DNA of 64,000 nt from Dudresnaya verticillata (taxonomy: Eukaryota), in NCBI GenBank assembly GCA_977862235.1, contig OZ374557.1, positions 1,054,001 to 1,118,000 of the forward strand. Reading direction: 5' to 3'. The translations under genes were made by a program, and so were the position numbers. This document shows positions 36,557 through 50,000 of this stretch, piece by piece (position 1 is the stretch's first letter; each line of letters starts with the position of its first letter). Below the pieces are notes generated by a model. That model searched no databases. It was not told the origin of the DNA and saw nothing but the letters and a program-made list of their open reading frames with translations.

Positions 36557-39500
36557 AACGGAGTCCCACACCCAGCCGCAGCCCGGCTCCTAGTTCTCCT
36601 CTGCGCCCTCCCCCTATTCCCCCTCCCTCATCTTCCACTTGCCCCAAATCCATAAACCTCTCCCTCCATCGTTCCGGAAACTTTATTGATATCCCTCACA
36701 CTCGTGTCAAGGACATCTCCATTCCCAAAGTCCAACAATTCCATGGAGCCTGTCTCGACATTGGCGCATCTCGCTCTGTCATCGGGCGCAACCAAGCACG
36801 TGCCTATTGCCGGGCCACCGGATATAAATTCCGCTTTCGCCCCTCACCTACTTATTTCCGTTTTGGTGACGGCTGCTTCCCGAGTCTTGGTCTACTCCCC
36901 GTCCGCATCCCGTGTCCCGATGGTAACTTCATACACCTGGAGATGGATGTCGTCGCCGTTGACGTCCCCATGCTTATTGTTCTTGATGTCCTAGACAGCG
37001 AACAACTCATCGCTGAAAATGTCGCCAATACCCTCATCAGCAAACAACACGACTGGTCCATGCCTATCAAAGGCCAAGACGGCCACCTATATCTCAAGTG
37101 GAAATTTTCTTCCGTTCTCTTCTCTCGAAATGATCTCAAGCGCCTTCACTACCACTTCTTTCACCCCTCCGTTCAGAAATTGTTCAACGTCATTTCCCGG
37201 GCTACCCCTGACCAAGCCACCCCAGCTACCAGTAAACGTCTTCAGGACATTAGTGACTCTTGCCGCACCTGCCAGCATTTCGTCCCCAAGCCCCAATCTT
37301 TCAAAGTCTCCCTCCCGGACAAAATCGTCTTCAATTATACCCTCTCCCTCGACCTTATGAAAGTACGAAAACGCCCCATCCTACACGTTGTTGATGTCCA
37401 CACCCACTTCTCCGCCGCCCGCTATCTCCGCAGTGAGTCTGCAGAAGACGTCTGGAATGCCTTCCTTTCCTGTTGGGCTTCGATCTACACCGGATTCCCT
37501 GATAATATTCGCGCTGACTAAGGCTCCGTATTTACCAGTCATCTCTTTTCCGAACAGGCCTTTCTGAACGGTATCCGCCTTGCACTATCTGGCGTCGAAA
37601 GCCACAACTCACTTGGCGTTGGCGAACGTTACCATGGCCCCCTTCGCCGCATCTATGAGAAGATTTTATCCGACTTCCCGTCCCTTGATCCAGAGCTTAT
37701 CCTGGCTCTCTCCTTTAAGGCCATGAATGATACTATGAACTTCGATGGCCTTATCCCCTCACTCCTCGTGTTCGGGGCCCTCCCTCGCTTTCCATCAGTC
37801 CACACTCACTTCCTTCTGAAGCAGACCGCATGCAGGCACTTGCGTCTGTGCGCCGCGAAATGGAAACTATCACATGCCAACTCCGTATCCGACAAGCCCT
37901 CCAATCGAACCTCCCCGCTCCTACTAAGTTTGAATTTTCCGTCGACCAGGAGGTGCTGGTTTATCGCGAAAAGGAAAAAGTCGAAAATGGCTTGGCCCTT
38001 GCCGCATCACCCGCATCAACGGCAAACAAGCCTTTATTGATCGCGACGACACTGACGTCCAACACTCCCTTGCCCAGCTCCGTCCATACACTTGAGACCT
38101 TAGTCACCTCCCTGATCCATTACCCACCTTGCTGAACTCAATTCTTCAGCCTCTCTCTTCCCCGGCTAATCCCCCTTCCCTGACATACTTCTTACAGAGA
38201 CTTTAAACCCTTCGAACACCCGCCGCAACTGGCCCCAACTCTTCCAGGCCAAACGCAAGGAAATCAAAGGCCTCATCGATCGTGGTACTTGGAAACCCGT
38301 CCTCCGCCGCGAACTTCCCGACGACGCCAACATCCTCTCTGGTCGCTTCGTCCTCGTTATCAAGAACACTGAAACCGATGAACCCGTCTTCAAAGCCCGC
38401 TTCGTCGTCCAAGGACACAAGGATAAGGACAAAAACATTCTCGTCCACAACTCTACGAACCTTCGCCAAAGCTCTACACGCATTTTTCCTCAATGGCTGC
38501 TCTTCATATCTTCCGCGTCTGGAGCCACGACGTCAGTCAGGCTTACCTAAAGTCTTCCGAGGCTCTTTTGCGAAAGGTATACCTCAAACCCCCGAAAGAA
38601 CTCAACCTCTCCTCCGACGAAGTCCTCGAACTCCTCAAGCCCTTGTACGGTCTCCCTGATGCCGGCGACTATTGTAATCGCACCATGGCTGCCCACCTTC
38701 GTTGCGATCTCGGAATGTCGCCCTCCTTCGGTGATCCCGGCCTCTACTTTAAACGGGACAAAACCGGTCTACTTGGTCTCATCGGCGTCTACGTCGATGA
38801 CTCCCTGCTGTGTGGAAATGACACCTTTCTACGCCTCTCGGACCGTTTCCTTGAGACTTTCGATTCTCGCGACCGTGAACGTGACTCCACAACCTTCGTT
38901 GGCGTCCATATTTCTTCCACGCCTGGCTACGTCTGTCTTGACCAATCCGCCTATATATCTAAACTGTCTCCCTTGGATCCCGACGCATCGTTTCAGGCCT
39001 ATCGCTCCCTCCGCGCCAAAGTAGCTTGGGCCACACACACACGACCGGACATTTGTTACTCCGTGGCTATGGCTGCTCGAGTCAGGGAACAAAACTTCAC
39101 CCCCGAGGATATCAATTCTCTCAACAAGGTAGTAACGCACTTACGCCAACTACCCCATTTACCTCTGCGATACACCCCACTATATATCAACTCCCTTCAA
39201 CTCAAGGTTTATGCTGATGCCACTTTTTCCAACAACCCGGACTTAAGCTCTCAGCTTGGCTATTTCGTTCTCCTTACGGATCGCTCCGACCGTTGCCATC
39301 TTCTTCACTTTTCCAGCAAGAAGAGCCACCGGGTCGTCCGCTCTGTTCTCGGTGCTGAATTCTATGCTTTCGCTGACGCTTTCGACTACGCCTTCACACT
39401 TCGTAAGGACCTGGAACGCATTCACAACCGACGCATCCCTTTGACAATGCTCACGGACTCCAAGTCTCTCTTTGACATTATCAAGAAATGCACTGTTACT

Positions 39501-39720
39501 GCCGAAAAGCGTTTAATGATTGACATTACCACCGTCCGCGATGCTTACGACAACGAAGAAATCTCGAAACGTGGGCTTCGTGCGCACTAACCAGAATCCA
39601 GCCAATGCCTTCACAAAAATCACCAAGTGCGCCGCCCTGTCGTCCATCCTATCCTCTTCCACCTGCTCGCTTCCCGTCGAACAGTGGGTTGTTCGCCTTA
39701 CCCGCTCTTCCGACCCGTAT
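36547..39720 (+). pseudogene. pol: Family C pol (PR-IN-RT-RNaseH), few disablements
   Basis: CLDIGASRSVIG, LHYHFFHPS/CRTC, LSLDLM, SHNSLGVGERYH, FKARFVVQGH, DVSQAYL, KPLYGLPDAG, YVDDSL, YADATF..SSQLG, TDSKSLFD, EKRLMID. Confidence 0.95.
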
Positions 39721-40265
39721 CGCATCAAAAAAGTGGGGAGTGTAGAAATACAGTGATAGTGACGACTCGACGGCTATGCCACGTAATGCTGACTCTCCTC
39801 CTTCAAGGAGAATCAAGGCTACCGCGTGAGTCTTAGTAATTCTTTAGCTGCTCTCTCTCCGGTTCCGACTAGCGGAACCGGACTAGCAAAGCGTACTTAA
39901 GATGCTCTCGTCTGCCGGCTAGCGGCAGACAGATACACACACAGACCAACACGCTCACCTCACCTCAGTAAAGGTCCTTCTACCCTACGACTTTTTGCCG
40001 TCCGCACTGCGCGCATCCCCGCCCCCGAGGCACCCCGTAGCGAAACCCGACCAAGTCGCCGCTACCGCCCACCACCGCCTACGCGCTTACAGTTCGCGTG
40101 TTCCGACAATCCGTATTTTACGGACACCGACTGTCCTCAACATTTTCCAAGTCAAGCTACAAGAACCAAGTTGAAGAAGTACCCTACAAGATCCTGTTTA
40201 CGTCACTGCTCTATTTTCCAGCCTTGTTCACCCGGCGTCTACTCCCAGTTGGAGCGTGACCCCGC

Positions 40266-41120
40266 GTGACAAGCCTCGCATATAATTTACTAACAAAACA
40301 TTGTACCGTCCATCCGTACCACCGCTTTACAGTGAATGACCGCACACCCATCCACTCGTCGACGCCAAGCTTCGACGAATTCTGCGGCAGCAAACCCGCG
40401 CCGCTGCGCGAAGAAGCGGCGTCGAAGAAACCAATTCCCGGCGTCAGGAACCGAACGGGCAAACGGTCACTACAAACAATCCCAGAAGCAGTTTCGCGCC
40501 GCCTTCTACGTATCGCTGAAGCAAGAGCCGGCCGGCCAAGGGGTGCTACAAAAATACTCAAGAAACCCCATAAAGCCGCTCGCAAAGGTCACGCACCGGC
40601 GCGTAAACTGGCTTCAAGCTCCGCGGCCCCCTTTGTGCTCCCTGATAGCACAGAGACGCGGCGCCTGCGATCTTCACGCGCACCGACGCCTCCAACACCC
40701 GAGTACCGCACCGAGTTGCCGCGGATTCCGAGGCGCCCACTTGAACGCCGCCAGGTCACGCGTGCAACTACGGCTTCTACGGACAAGGCCCCTGCTCCGG
40801 CAGCCCGCGCCACGACGCAATCTCGCCGTGCGCCCCGTGAGCGCGGTCTGCGTGACAATCGCACCGCCGTGGTGACACCGCGCGCAAAATATAATTACAC
40901 GCAGTGCTCTTTTAGCACGCATGACGTGATTCTATACAACGTTCATATAACCTCGACGCGTCATTTTGGCAACGTGCTACGTGCCAAAACCCTCTTCGAA
41001 TGCCAAATTTGCGACAGCTTTTTGCCGGACTCGCGCAATTTTCAGCGTCACGCAGCCGGTTTAAAGCATTCCAAAAAAGCTCTCCGCGCACCGTGCTCTC
41101 TTCTAGAAATACACCTTTAA
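40266..41120 (+). CDS. Basic low-complexity protein with two C-terminal U1/matrin/JAZ-type zinc fingers (possibly a pseudogene; start uncertain)
   Basis: CQIC-x12-H-x5-H is intact. The preceding finger is YTQC-x12-H-x5-H (first Cys replaced by Tyr). The track start is GTG, not ATG. An A-rich tract follows. Confidence 0.6.
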   Translation: MTSLAYNLLTKHCTVHPYHRFTVNDRTPIHSSTPSFDEFCGSKPAPLREEAASKKPIPGVRNRTGKRSLQTIPEAVSRRLLRIAEARAGRPRGATKILKKPHKAARKGHAPARKLASSSAAPFVLPDSTETRRLRSSRAPTPPTPEYRTELPRIPRRPLERRQVTRATTASTDKAPAPAARATTQSRRAPRERGLRDNRTAVVTPRAKYNYTQCSFSTHDVILYNVHITSTRHFGNVLRAKTLFECQICDSFLPDSRNFQRHAAGLKHSKKALRAPCSLLEIHL

Positions 41121-41509
41121 AACAAAATCAACACAGCAAAAAGAGCAGAAAATAAATGAAAAACGGGAAACCCCCCAAAAGAAAACAAAACCCAAAAAAT
41201 GACCCCCCAACACCCGTTCGAAGAGTCAGTCATCCGGACCAAATGGTCCCGGGAATTCTGGACCTACTGGGGCTTCAAGCTCAACCAACCACGCCGGCGG
41301 TTACCGTCCAATATCCCCCGGGCCCCATCGGGACACCGAAAGCCCACCCTGCCTCCCCCCACAACGACACCCCTCATAGTGGCCCGCCAAGACCCCAAGC
41401 ACACGGTAACCCCAGTGCCCCACACACCACCGGTGCACCTCAAACCTACATGCACACCTACATACCGGGCTCCTCTCACCCCTCCCCAGGCCCCTCGGCC
41501 CGAGTGGTG

Positions 41510-42170
41510 GAGGTGACGATGATGCATCAAGTCCAGTCTTATGCTCATCATTCATTGATAAAATTATCCAGTGACAAACCGTCATGGGAAACCGAAGTGC
41601 ATACAACACATTCAGTTTAGTACTCGTAGTCCTCATCCGAAGTTATCTTGTCTTGCCCATACTCGGAAACGCTTGGGGCACCTGGGAACTTGGACTCAAT
41701 AAATTTCAGATAGCGTGATTCAACTCCACGCGTTATACCTTCATCATCAGTGATTAGTACTCTGCAGATCCCATGCTCAAGTGTTTCTAAGTACACATCT
41801 TGCACGTGTCTCGAACTTGGATCCGCGAGGGAGCCGTAGTACGTATGCAGCACATCCAAAGACCCATAAGTGCTTCAGATCAGGTATTTAACCGGTCACG
41901 AGCGAGTATAGCATCGTACGAACAGATGAATGCGGTACCAGATTGCGCACATAATTGACATTATTCAGTGCAAACGGCCACAAACATCCTGACAAATCAG
42001 CTTAGGTAAGCAAAGTAAGTGCGGCCTCCACCATTGTTCGGTTCACTCGTTCTTCAATTCCGTTGGGCTCTGGAGTGTACAGCGGGGAGAAATATTTTCC
42101 AGCATCACCAACTCCTCACAAATCATTCCGGAGAGCCAAGTACTCCTTGGCTCCATCTGAATGGATCTTA
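41510..42170 (-). pseudogene. pol: Copia A4 integrase fragment
   Basis: Reverse-complement homolog of ~10940-11610 (IHSDGAKEY, PLYTPEPNGI, LETLEHGI). Confidence 0.9.
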
Positions 42171-42734
42171 ACACTGCTGTCGAGATCTTCAAAATCTGTT
42201 TCGCGAAACAGACTGAACCAAAGTTGCCCTAATTGCGGATTTCTTTCATGTCATAAAACGACAGGCACGAGGTGAAGACCATGGTGTGATCGGTTTTCGA
42301 GTAGCCAGCGTAGTTACGGAGTTATGTGGCTCTCAACATAGCCCCTATTTGCCTCGAAACGTACACGAAAATATGCAACTTTCCCGAATATATAAATAAA
42401 ACGTTCTACTTTTCCGCAAAATACACTGCTTTTCCAAACTTTTACCTCATTGCTGCGCAGTCTTCAGTGTGCAACGTGGCGGTTATGAAGGGGAGATTGC
42501 TCCCACGACAGGCTCACCGTCTCGCGGGACCAGACTCTCAAGCTCGCCGAGCCGCCAAAGTCACCCAACACTGCAGACCTCTGGAACGGACACTCAACCC
42601 TGTTGTGCGCCAGCAGCCCGCGCTCTGCCACCTCGCACATCACCAGCGCCGCCTGCTCCGTAAGAACCACCGGTACTGCCGTCTGCACGCGACGCTGCCG
42701 TTTCATCGCGCAGTTCACCGGGTGCGGACTAGGA

Positions 42735-43589
42735 TTCCGAAACATAAGGTTCTGTATGCACTCCGGTTTCCGATGATGTTTTGTCACTGGATAATTTTAT
42801 CAATGATGAGCATAAGACTGGACTTGATGCACCATCGTCACCTCCACCACCTGCATCAGAATTGCGTTCCTCTGAATCTGATGGTACGGATGACGAGGCC
42901 GATGACTTCGACAAATCACCCAGTTAAGACAGATCCAGTACAGGAAACGCAACAAGAGAGTCGATATCCTCGCCGCCAGTGTCGCCAAACTTCCAAATGG
43001 TGTCCGGCAGGCTCGGCTAAATCTGAAACCTTAGTCACTATCACGAAAAGAGATGAGCCTACTCTCTGAGAGGCTATGGCCACAACTCGGGAGCAGCGTG
43101 AATTATGGTAGTCTGCAGTTGACGACGCGTTTGCCTCATTAGACTCGAAATTGACATCGGTGCGGGACAACAGTCCCGGTGTACAGCTGCTTCCAACCCA
43201 TATTGTGTTAAAGGTCAAGGGAAAGTCAGACGGTACGGTCGGCAGATTTAAAGCCCACGCTGTTGCCGGGGGAACCTTCCAGACGTATGGTGAGGACTAT
43301 GAGGAAACCTATGCCCCAGCAGCGTCGTTTTCTCTGGTACGAATTTTCCAGTATTTGGTACTATGTCTGAACATGTTTGTGGCACAATTTGATCTGCAAC
43401 GGCCTTTCTGAATGATGATCTGGCAGAAAGCGTGTGGGTTGTGTTACTGAAGACGAGGGATTACCTCGTGTGGTTGAGTCGCGCCATGTCACATTCGACG
43501 AGTCCAAGTTCCCATTTGCCCCAAGCCTGTTGGAATATGGGCAGGACGAAACAGATTCAGATGAGGACTACGAGTCTGACTCAGAGGTG
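42735..43589 (+). pseudogene. pol: Copia A5 fragments (IN-RT linker, RT N-terminus, rearranged IN C-terminal piece)
   Basis: QESRYPRRQ, KSDGTVGRFKA, DYEETYAP. 43441-43589 returns to the VVESRHVTFDES region. Confidence 0.88.
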
Positions 43590-44794
43590 TGAAGGTATAT
43601 GGAGAGGTTGAAGAAGATGTGAGTTTTGAGAAATTGAAGTCGCTTGACTTCGTTTATGATAAGGAATATGGAGAGGTTGAAGTTGAACAAGATGAGGGTT
43701 TTGAGAAATGGAAGTCGCTTGACTTCGTTTCCTGCAGTCGAACATCTGACACCGCTTATATTATCTTCTCGGATGAGTCGCTGCGTGAACACAAACAAAA
43801 AATTCATAAAAGGAACGCCCAAACTCCCTATCCTCAAATGAGCCGGAAAAAGTAAGACAATCACATCTATCAAATTATACCCCCAACACACTCACATCCG
43901 CCACTAAAATGAGCGGGAACTTGCAAACCAGTCTTGCTAACTGCTGACATCGCCAAGCCCTCTTGCGACCGCATTTCACGACGTCCAGCACTACCCCAAC
44001 TTTGCATCGGAACTTCAAAGTCTTGGGTGTTCCCACATGCCTGCTGTCGGACAGCACTGCAATTATTGTGGACAGGTTGGAAGTTGAAGAGGGTAAACGT
44101 TTGAGAAATGAAACTCGCTTCACTCATTGTACTAGGCTACAATGTTTCAGCATGGTCATATACCACTAATATATCTCAGTCACAACATTAGAGTATCGAT
44201 ATATCGCGCACAGTTCTTACAGCAACATTTTCGAGTGCTGTACTACAAGGCGTAGTCAATATCACACTTGTGCTACAATACTGTATCGCTCCATTCTCAC
44301 TGTAGCACACTGTATTGTTACACACTGCGCCCGTTTTGGTGCACGAAGCATACCAGCAACAGCACTGTAGTATCTCATTGTAACACCGTATATCTGGGTA
44401 AGGTATGTGCAGATCCCCGTAACCCAAAACTTGACAACAACACTGAACGCTCTTGCTGTAGCACCGCAGTCTTCAGTACGGTGTGTAAAATTTGATACAG
44501 AACAGCGATCGACAGCAGCACTGCACTCCCGCACTGTAGCACGGCAGTACGCCGTACAGTGTGTGTAGTTTCATACAGAGCTGTGCTCCACAACATTACT
44601 GCACTCCCTGACTGTAGCACTGCAGTACGCGGTACAGTGTGTCCTTTTTGATACAGAAAAGTGCACTACAACAGCATCGCACTCCCTCAATGTAGCATTG
44701 CAGACTTCTGTACAGTGCGGGAAATTTTGCGCACAGCTAGTCTCAACAACAGCAGGGTACCGAGGTATGGAGTTATACATTGATTTATACGTCA
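43590..44794 (-). repeat. Repeat family E, longest copy (solo-LTR-like or non-autonomous element)
   Basis: TGAAGGTATA...TATACGTCA imperfect inverted ends, internal tandem repeats, and homologs at 12497-13291 and 52520-52846. Confidence 0.7.
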
Positions 44795-47700
44795 ACAGAT
44801 AGCACTTCCTGTCATCGTGAACACAAAGGCCTCCGTGGGCTTCCGTGATTCAGCGCATCCTGCCAAATCTGAATCATAGAAGCCAGTGATGGCCGTTCCT
44901 GCGGACGATCCATACTGGATGCCCAGGTTTGGCGTGCCTTTAACGTAGTGGTGGACACGCCTGAAAGCCTTCCACCGACACTTGAGGGGCTTTTCACAGT
45001 ACTGGGAGAGCCTATTGACGGCGAATCCGAGATCCGGGCGAGTGCAGATCATGAGGTACATGAGCCTGCCGAGGGCCGAACGGTAGGGGATAGTATCGGG
45101 ACGCGGTTCATTTTCATCGGAGGGCGATGTGGAGCCCGTTATTTACATGGGAGTGTTTATGGGCGTCCGACATCTGCAACATAGGCTTCCTGGGAAAGCA
45201 GTAGAGTTTTCAATTTGCGATTACGCGTAACTTGAATCCCAATAAATTATTGCACTACATCAAGGTCCTTCATTCGTATTGCCTCATGAGCTCTCTTTTC
45301 AAGCGCTTGAAGACCTTCGAGTTGTTTCGAGCAATGCGTAGGTCATCCGAGTAAAGTGTGATGAGCAGGAGAACGTTACCTTCACGGAGGACATACAAAC
45401 AGGGCTCATATCCACTGCTCACAAACTTAATCACGCAGATAAGCAACCTGTGGAGTTTTGCGTAACACTGTCCCGGTTCTTGTTTCAATCCATACCAAGG
45501 TTTTAGTAAGCGGCAAACGGGAATGGGGCGAATCATATCGCAAAAGCCAGCGGGCACCTCCATGAAAATTTCTTCATCTAAGTATCCGTTTAGGAATGCC
45601 GTTACGATATATATCTGATCGCAATCGAGGCCTAGGACATTTAAGAGGCACAAGAAGAGGCGAACAATAGCTAGAGATACAACAGCTGCATAAGTCTTGT
45701 GATATTCGAACCCGGGGAGCCATTGGATTCCCTTGGCGACGATTCGCACTTTGGGGCCCACGTCCTTTTTGACGCGAAAAACATAGCGGCATGGGATAAC
45801 GTGCATTCCTGGCTTGCGCTCAACCAGGTCAAAGGTGTTGTTGGCACGGATATAGTCCTCCTCCTTCCTGCTTCCGGGTCCTCAGATGTCCTTGTGGTCA
45901 GGTGGCATTGCTTGCGCATACCAGGTAGGGTTCTATATATCCATGAGGGAGAGCTCGGGTCTGCTTCAGCAGTAGCGAGGAGGACAGGTTTGCTATCCAC
46001 CATTTTATGGGTTTGTTGGTGATCTGGAGGAGCGTCGAGGAGACGGAGGAACATTATTGGTGACATTTCTATCATCTTCTTCGACGTCATCGGATATTTT
46101 AACATGGCCGGGGACGAGTACGGTGGGGACCGAGTCATCCGAGATGGAGATGGGGGCATCAGAGTTGCCTCCAGAGGGTTTGGACACCGGAGCGGAAGGA
46201 GCCAAAATAGATCCCATGGGGTCAGAGGTGGGTTCTACAGTTAGGCGAATGGTGTTTGAGGTTGAGTCGGAAACTCCGATGGGTCTTCCGGCACAGTGTC
46301 GTCGTTCGCAGAAGACTCGGCTGTGCCTTATGATACAACATGGATCCCCAACTCGTTGCAACAAACGTCCCTTGAAACAACAAACTTGTTTACATCCGTA
46401 TCCAATAACCTGTAACCTTTACTTTGTGACGAATATCCCATCATCCGTGCAGGTCGAGAACGAGCGTGCAGCTTTTTGGAACCACTTTTGCGAACCATAA
46501 ACCAACATTTGGCACCGCACGCATACGTTTGAGACGTCGGGAGCCTATCCATACCATGAATGGTGTGGCGTGACGTTGGGGACAGTGCGTAGATGGTAAC
46601 ACGGTTACACACATACACAGCAGTGGCCAAAACGTCAGCCCAGAAGTGTTTGGGAATCGATTTGTGGTGCAGCATGGATCGCACTAAGTCGAGGACGGTA
46701 CAATTCATGCGCCCTGCAACCCCATTCTGCTGGGGATTATTTCAGACCGTGAGTTGATGCTGGATTCGGTGGTCTACAAAAACAGTCTTAAAGTCGCCAG
46801 AGAGGTATGATCCACCATTATCGGACCATAGGGGCTTGAGGCGTAGGGCTGATCAGTGTCGTCAAAACATGGCATCATGAAACTCGTGGACATGAATTTC
46901 CTGCACAACGCGATTTGTATGGTTCTCGGCCATGCCTTGAACCTTCTTAAAGCATTCTAGCTCCGCGGGTTTCCGCCCCATCGTACATTAGACAGTCCCT
47001 TTAGAGAAACCATCGATGAAGGACAAAACATATCTTGCGCCCCCTAACGACCGAACTTCAACAGGACCAAGTATTTCGGAATTTAGAGTTGTAGAAGCCG
47101 CGTAGAGCGGTTCCCGCGTACTTTCGGAACATTGGCACGCTGCCACTTACCCAGGACACACCCAATGCATTTGCAAACCCAATGCATTCGCCAGAATGTT
47201 GCTCGTTGGCAACGTTTATACCCTTCACCACCCCGCGAGTGACCATTGCGCGGATGCCGGATATGCTCACATGTGCGAGGCGCTGATGCCAAAGGTTAAG
47301 GGAAGCAGTTAAGGGAAGCAACCAAGGCAGTTTTGGGGTAACGTACGTTTCGTGTTTTGGGATTCCAGGTCAACATCAAGGGTGTAGAGTCCTTTGGTGA
47401 GTATTCCGAAATCAGCAGTGGACAATGGGGAATGACGACGGAGTGCAGCACCGGAGTCGGTTTTGACCGTTTCTATTCCTAGATTGGCCATAGCGGAAAC
47501 GGAAATCAGGTGGTAAGGCAGATAAGGAACGTGTAATACGTTGCGAATGATGCAATTGGCCGAATTGCCGTTGACGCACAGCTTCAGCATGACATCACCT
47601 CGCCCAACAATGCGAGTGTTGTCGTTTGCACCAAGTGCCAAAGTGGAAGTGGCAGTAAGTTGGTGGTAGGTCACGAAGCTGAAGCGGTCAAAGTGAAATG

Positions 47701-50000
47701 CGAAAGGCAACCAGAGTCAATAATGCATTGTCCGGAGGTGTTCAGAGAGACACCGGGGGAGTGCAAGGCGATACTGTTCAGAACAGGGGACTTCCAAAGG
47801 CAAAAATACTCATGGACCATACCATCCAGGGGCAGGAGAGTTGTTGGAAATGAACGCTTTGTTCTTGTTACCGTCGTTGCCCAGGTGTACACGAGCCGGG
47901 TGACCAACGGGAGCCAGATGGGGGTATTTATTGTAGCAACGGGAGCTGTCCTGATGGTTTCCGCAGTGTACGCAGGTCTCCGCAGAGGGACTCTTGCGCG
48001 AGTTGGAACTATTGGTGGCCATTAGGACTGCAGTATGAGAAGTATTGAGAGCCTCCTTATCCCAATCAGCTTGCCTCTGTTATTCCTGCAAGCACCGACT
48101 CTGCACAAACTCGAATGTGAAGAGTTTGTCATCGATATGCGCGGCATGCAAAACCGAAATAAGGCTCTCAAACCCATCCGGAAGGCCATTCAGTAGTGCC
48201 ATGGCCATTTCGGGGTCCTCAATACTGACCGACATGGGCTTAAGAGCGGCGCAGAGTTGGCGAATGAGAGCGGCAAAGCGCAGAAACTTTTCATTTTCAT
48301 GCATTCTTGCTGTGTAAAAACGGTGTCTTGCAGCGAGCTTGTTGAGGAGGAAATGTTTCTCGTAAATGTCACAGATGAGAGACCACATCTCCTTGGCGGA
48401 ATATGCATGCTGCACTTGCTCCAGCTGCGCGTCAGAAATAGTTCATCCGACTAGGCGTTTGCTTTGCGGTCGCTCTTGCACCATTCTTCATATTCTTTCG
48501 AGGAATTTTCAGGATGGTCATCCGAAATGTAGCCGTTAATCTCCTTCAGGGACAGAACAAGCTGCATGCGGGTCTTCCAAGTGTGGAAGATGTTGTCCCG
48601 CAGCTAGTTGATCTTGATGTCAGAGGTGGTTTCCATGGTCCAGGAGAGCTAAGGAAGTTTACATGTTGTGCTTAATGAGGTTCTTATCGCGATCGTGGCG
48701 AGTAGGGAACACGCGCTGATAGTGACCACAAGTTGTACTTGCGGACAGTCGTTCTACCTGGTTCCTAAAGTTCTTACTGTTCCGGTAGCGAATGGGCTGC
48801 TTGAAACCGGACACCTCGATACCGCACAAGTCGCAAATTGGTCGCTTTGCGTTTGGTCGGGCTGAACTTGTGAAGACAAGCGACAAAAATACGGATACTG
48901 CTGTGGGCGTTGGTGGAGGTGAACGAGGAGGCTTTCGAACCTACTTGATGACGGGCCTGACAGGGGAAGATGATGGAGTAGTGGTAGTTGAGCGCACGTT
49001 ACCACCCTCATAGTGAGACTAAATGGCAGAATCGTAGACGGGCGAGTGCTTCGGGCGTGGGCGAGGGCAGACAGCAAGGGGTATGCGAACAGCCCGGGGG
49101 ACGCGGATGATGCGGGATACACGAGGTTGGCGGGAAGGGTCGTTGTTGAAGTTGAGTTAACGAACGATGGGTCGCGGCGCGATATGCGAATACCGCGGTA
49201 GCGGATAGATCGACAGATGGGCACTGGAGGGGGGTTAGGCTCAGGGAAAGAGGAAAGAGTGAAGAAAAGAGGATTGTAAGTCGCAAGAAAAGTACTGCCG
49301 AATAGCGAAGCGGGCCAAGAAACAACCGAAGTATGTGAAGCAGAGACGGAAGGGCGATTCAACACCGGCAACACGCACCGCGGGACAAACCGAAGTATGT
49401 AACGCAGAGACGAGCCATCGGCGAGTAGATAGGAGCGTTACTGGGCCCATAACCTATTGGAGAGGTAGTGGGAGCCATCAGGGGAGGAGAGAAGTGGATA
49501 GCTGAGAGGAGAGGGTGACGAATGGAGTTGTCTGAGTCTACTGGAAGCGTGAGGAGAGAAGCTGTTTAAGTAGATCATGGGTCCCAGAGTTGGAGGATGC
49601 GCAAGATGTGCTTGACGTCGGCGATAATGTGCACACCTAAGTGACGACGGCGACGGTGGACAAATCTAGGTCACGACGGCGACGGTGCATAAGCCTCACC
49701 TAAGTGACGACGGCGGTGGTGCATAAACCTAAGTGATGACAGCGACGGTGCACAACCCTAGCCTAAGTGACGCCGTTGACGATGCGTAAACCTAAGTTAC
49801 GACGGCGCCGGTGCGTCAGTGATCTGAGCTGAATCAGGATCTGATCTCGTTGCGCACCGTGCAACTTCGTAAGCGACACACAGCGGTCCAAGCATGACTG
49901 AGGTGTGGAGGAGGCCAGTGGGGACACACCAAATGCCCACTCACACTAATGCAGCAAAATGATAGAGTGCTAGGTTGGACAGATATCGCTTAATCTACCA
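44795..50000 (-). mobile_element. Copia B2: LTR (50000-49455), PBS, UTR, decayed gag-PR-IN-RT-RH, 3' truncated
   Basis: PBS GGTTATGGGCCCAG (49454-49441). Gag ATG at 48636 (FHTWKTRMQLVL; AMALLNGLPDGFE). IIDSGC protease, LWHQRLAH, RMNCTVLDLVRSMLH, TAFLNG, CTRPDL. Confidence 0.93.

Larger units (their letters stand above)
35170..39951 (+). mobile_element. Copia family C (GalEa-like), near-complete internal region plus 3' LTR; 5' LTR missing
   Basis: Order gag-PR-IN-RT-RH. PPT AAAAAAGTGGGGAG then TGTAGAA at 39741. LTR right end (~39951) is approximate. Confidence 0.92.

Noticed and set aside
12497..44794. Giant DNA transposon bounded by inverted E copies
   Set aside because: The copies are diverged, there is no TSD, the outer flanks are different copia families, and a third E copy lies outside.
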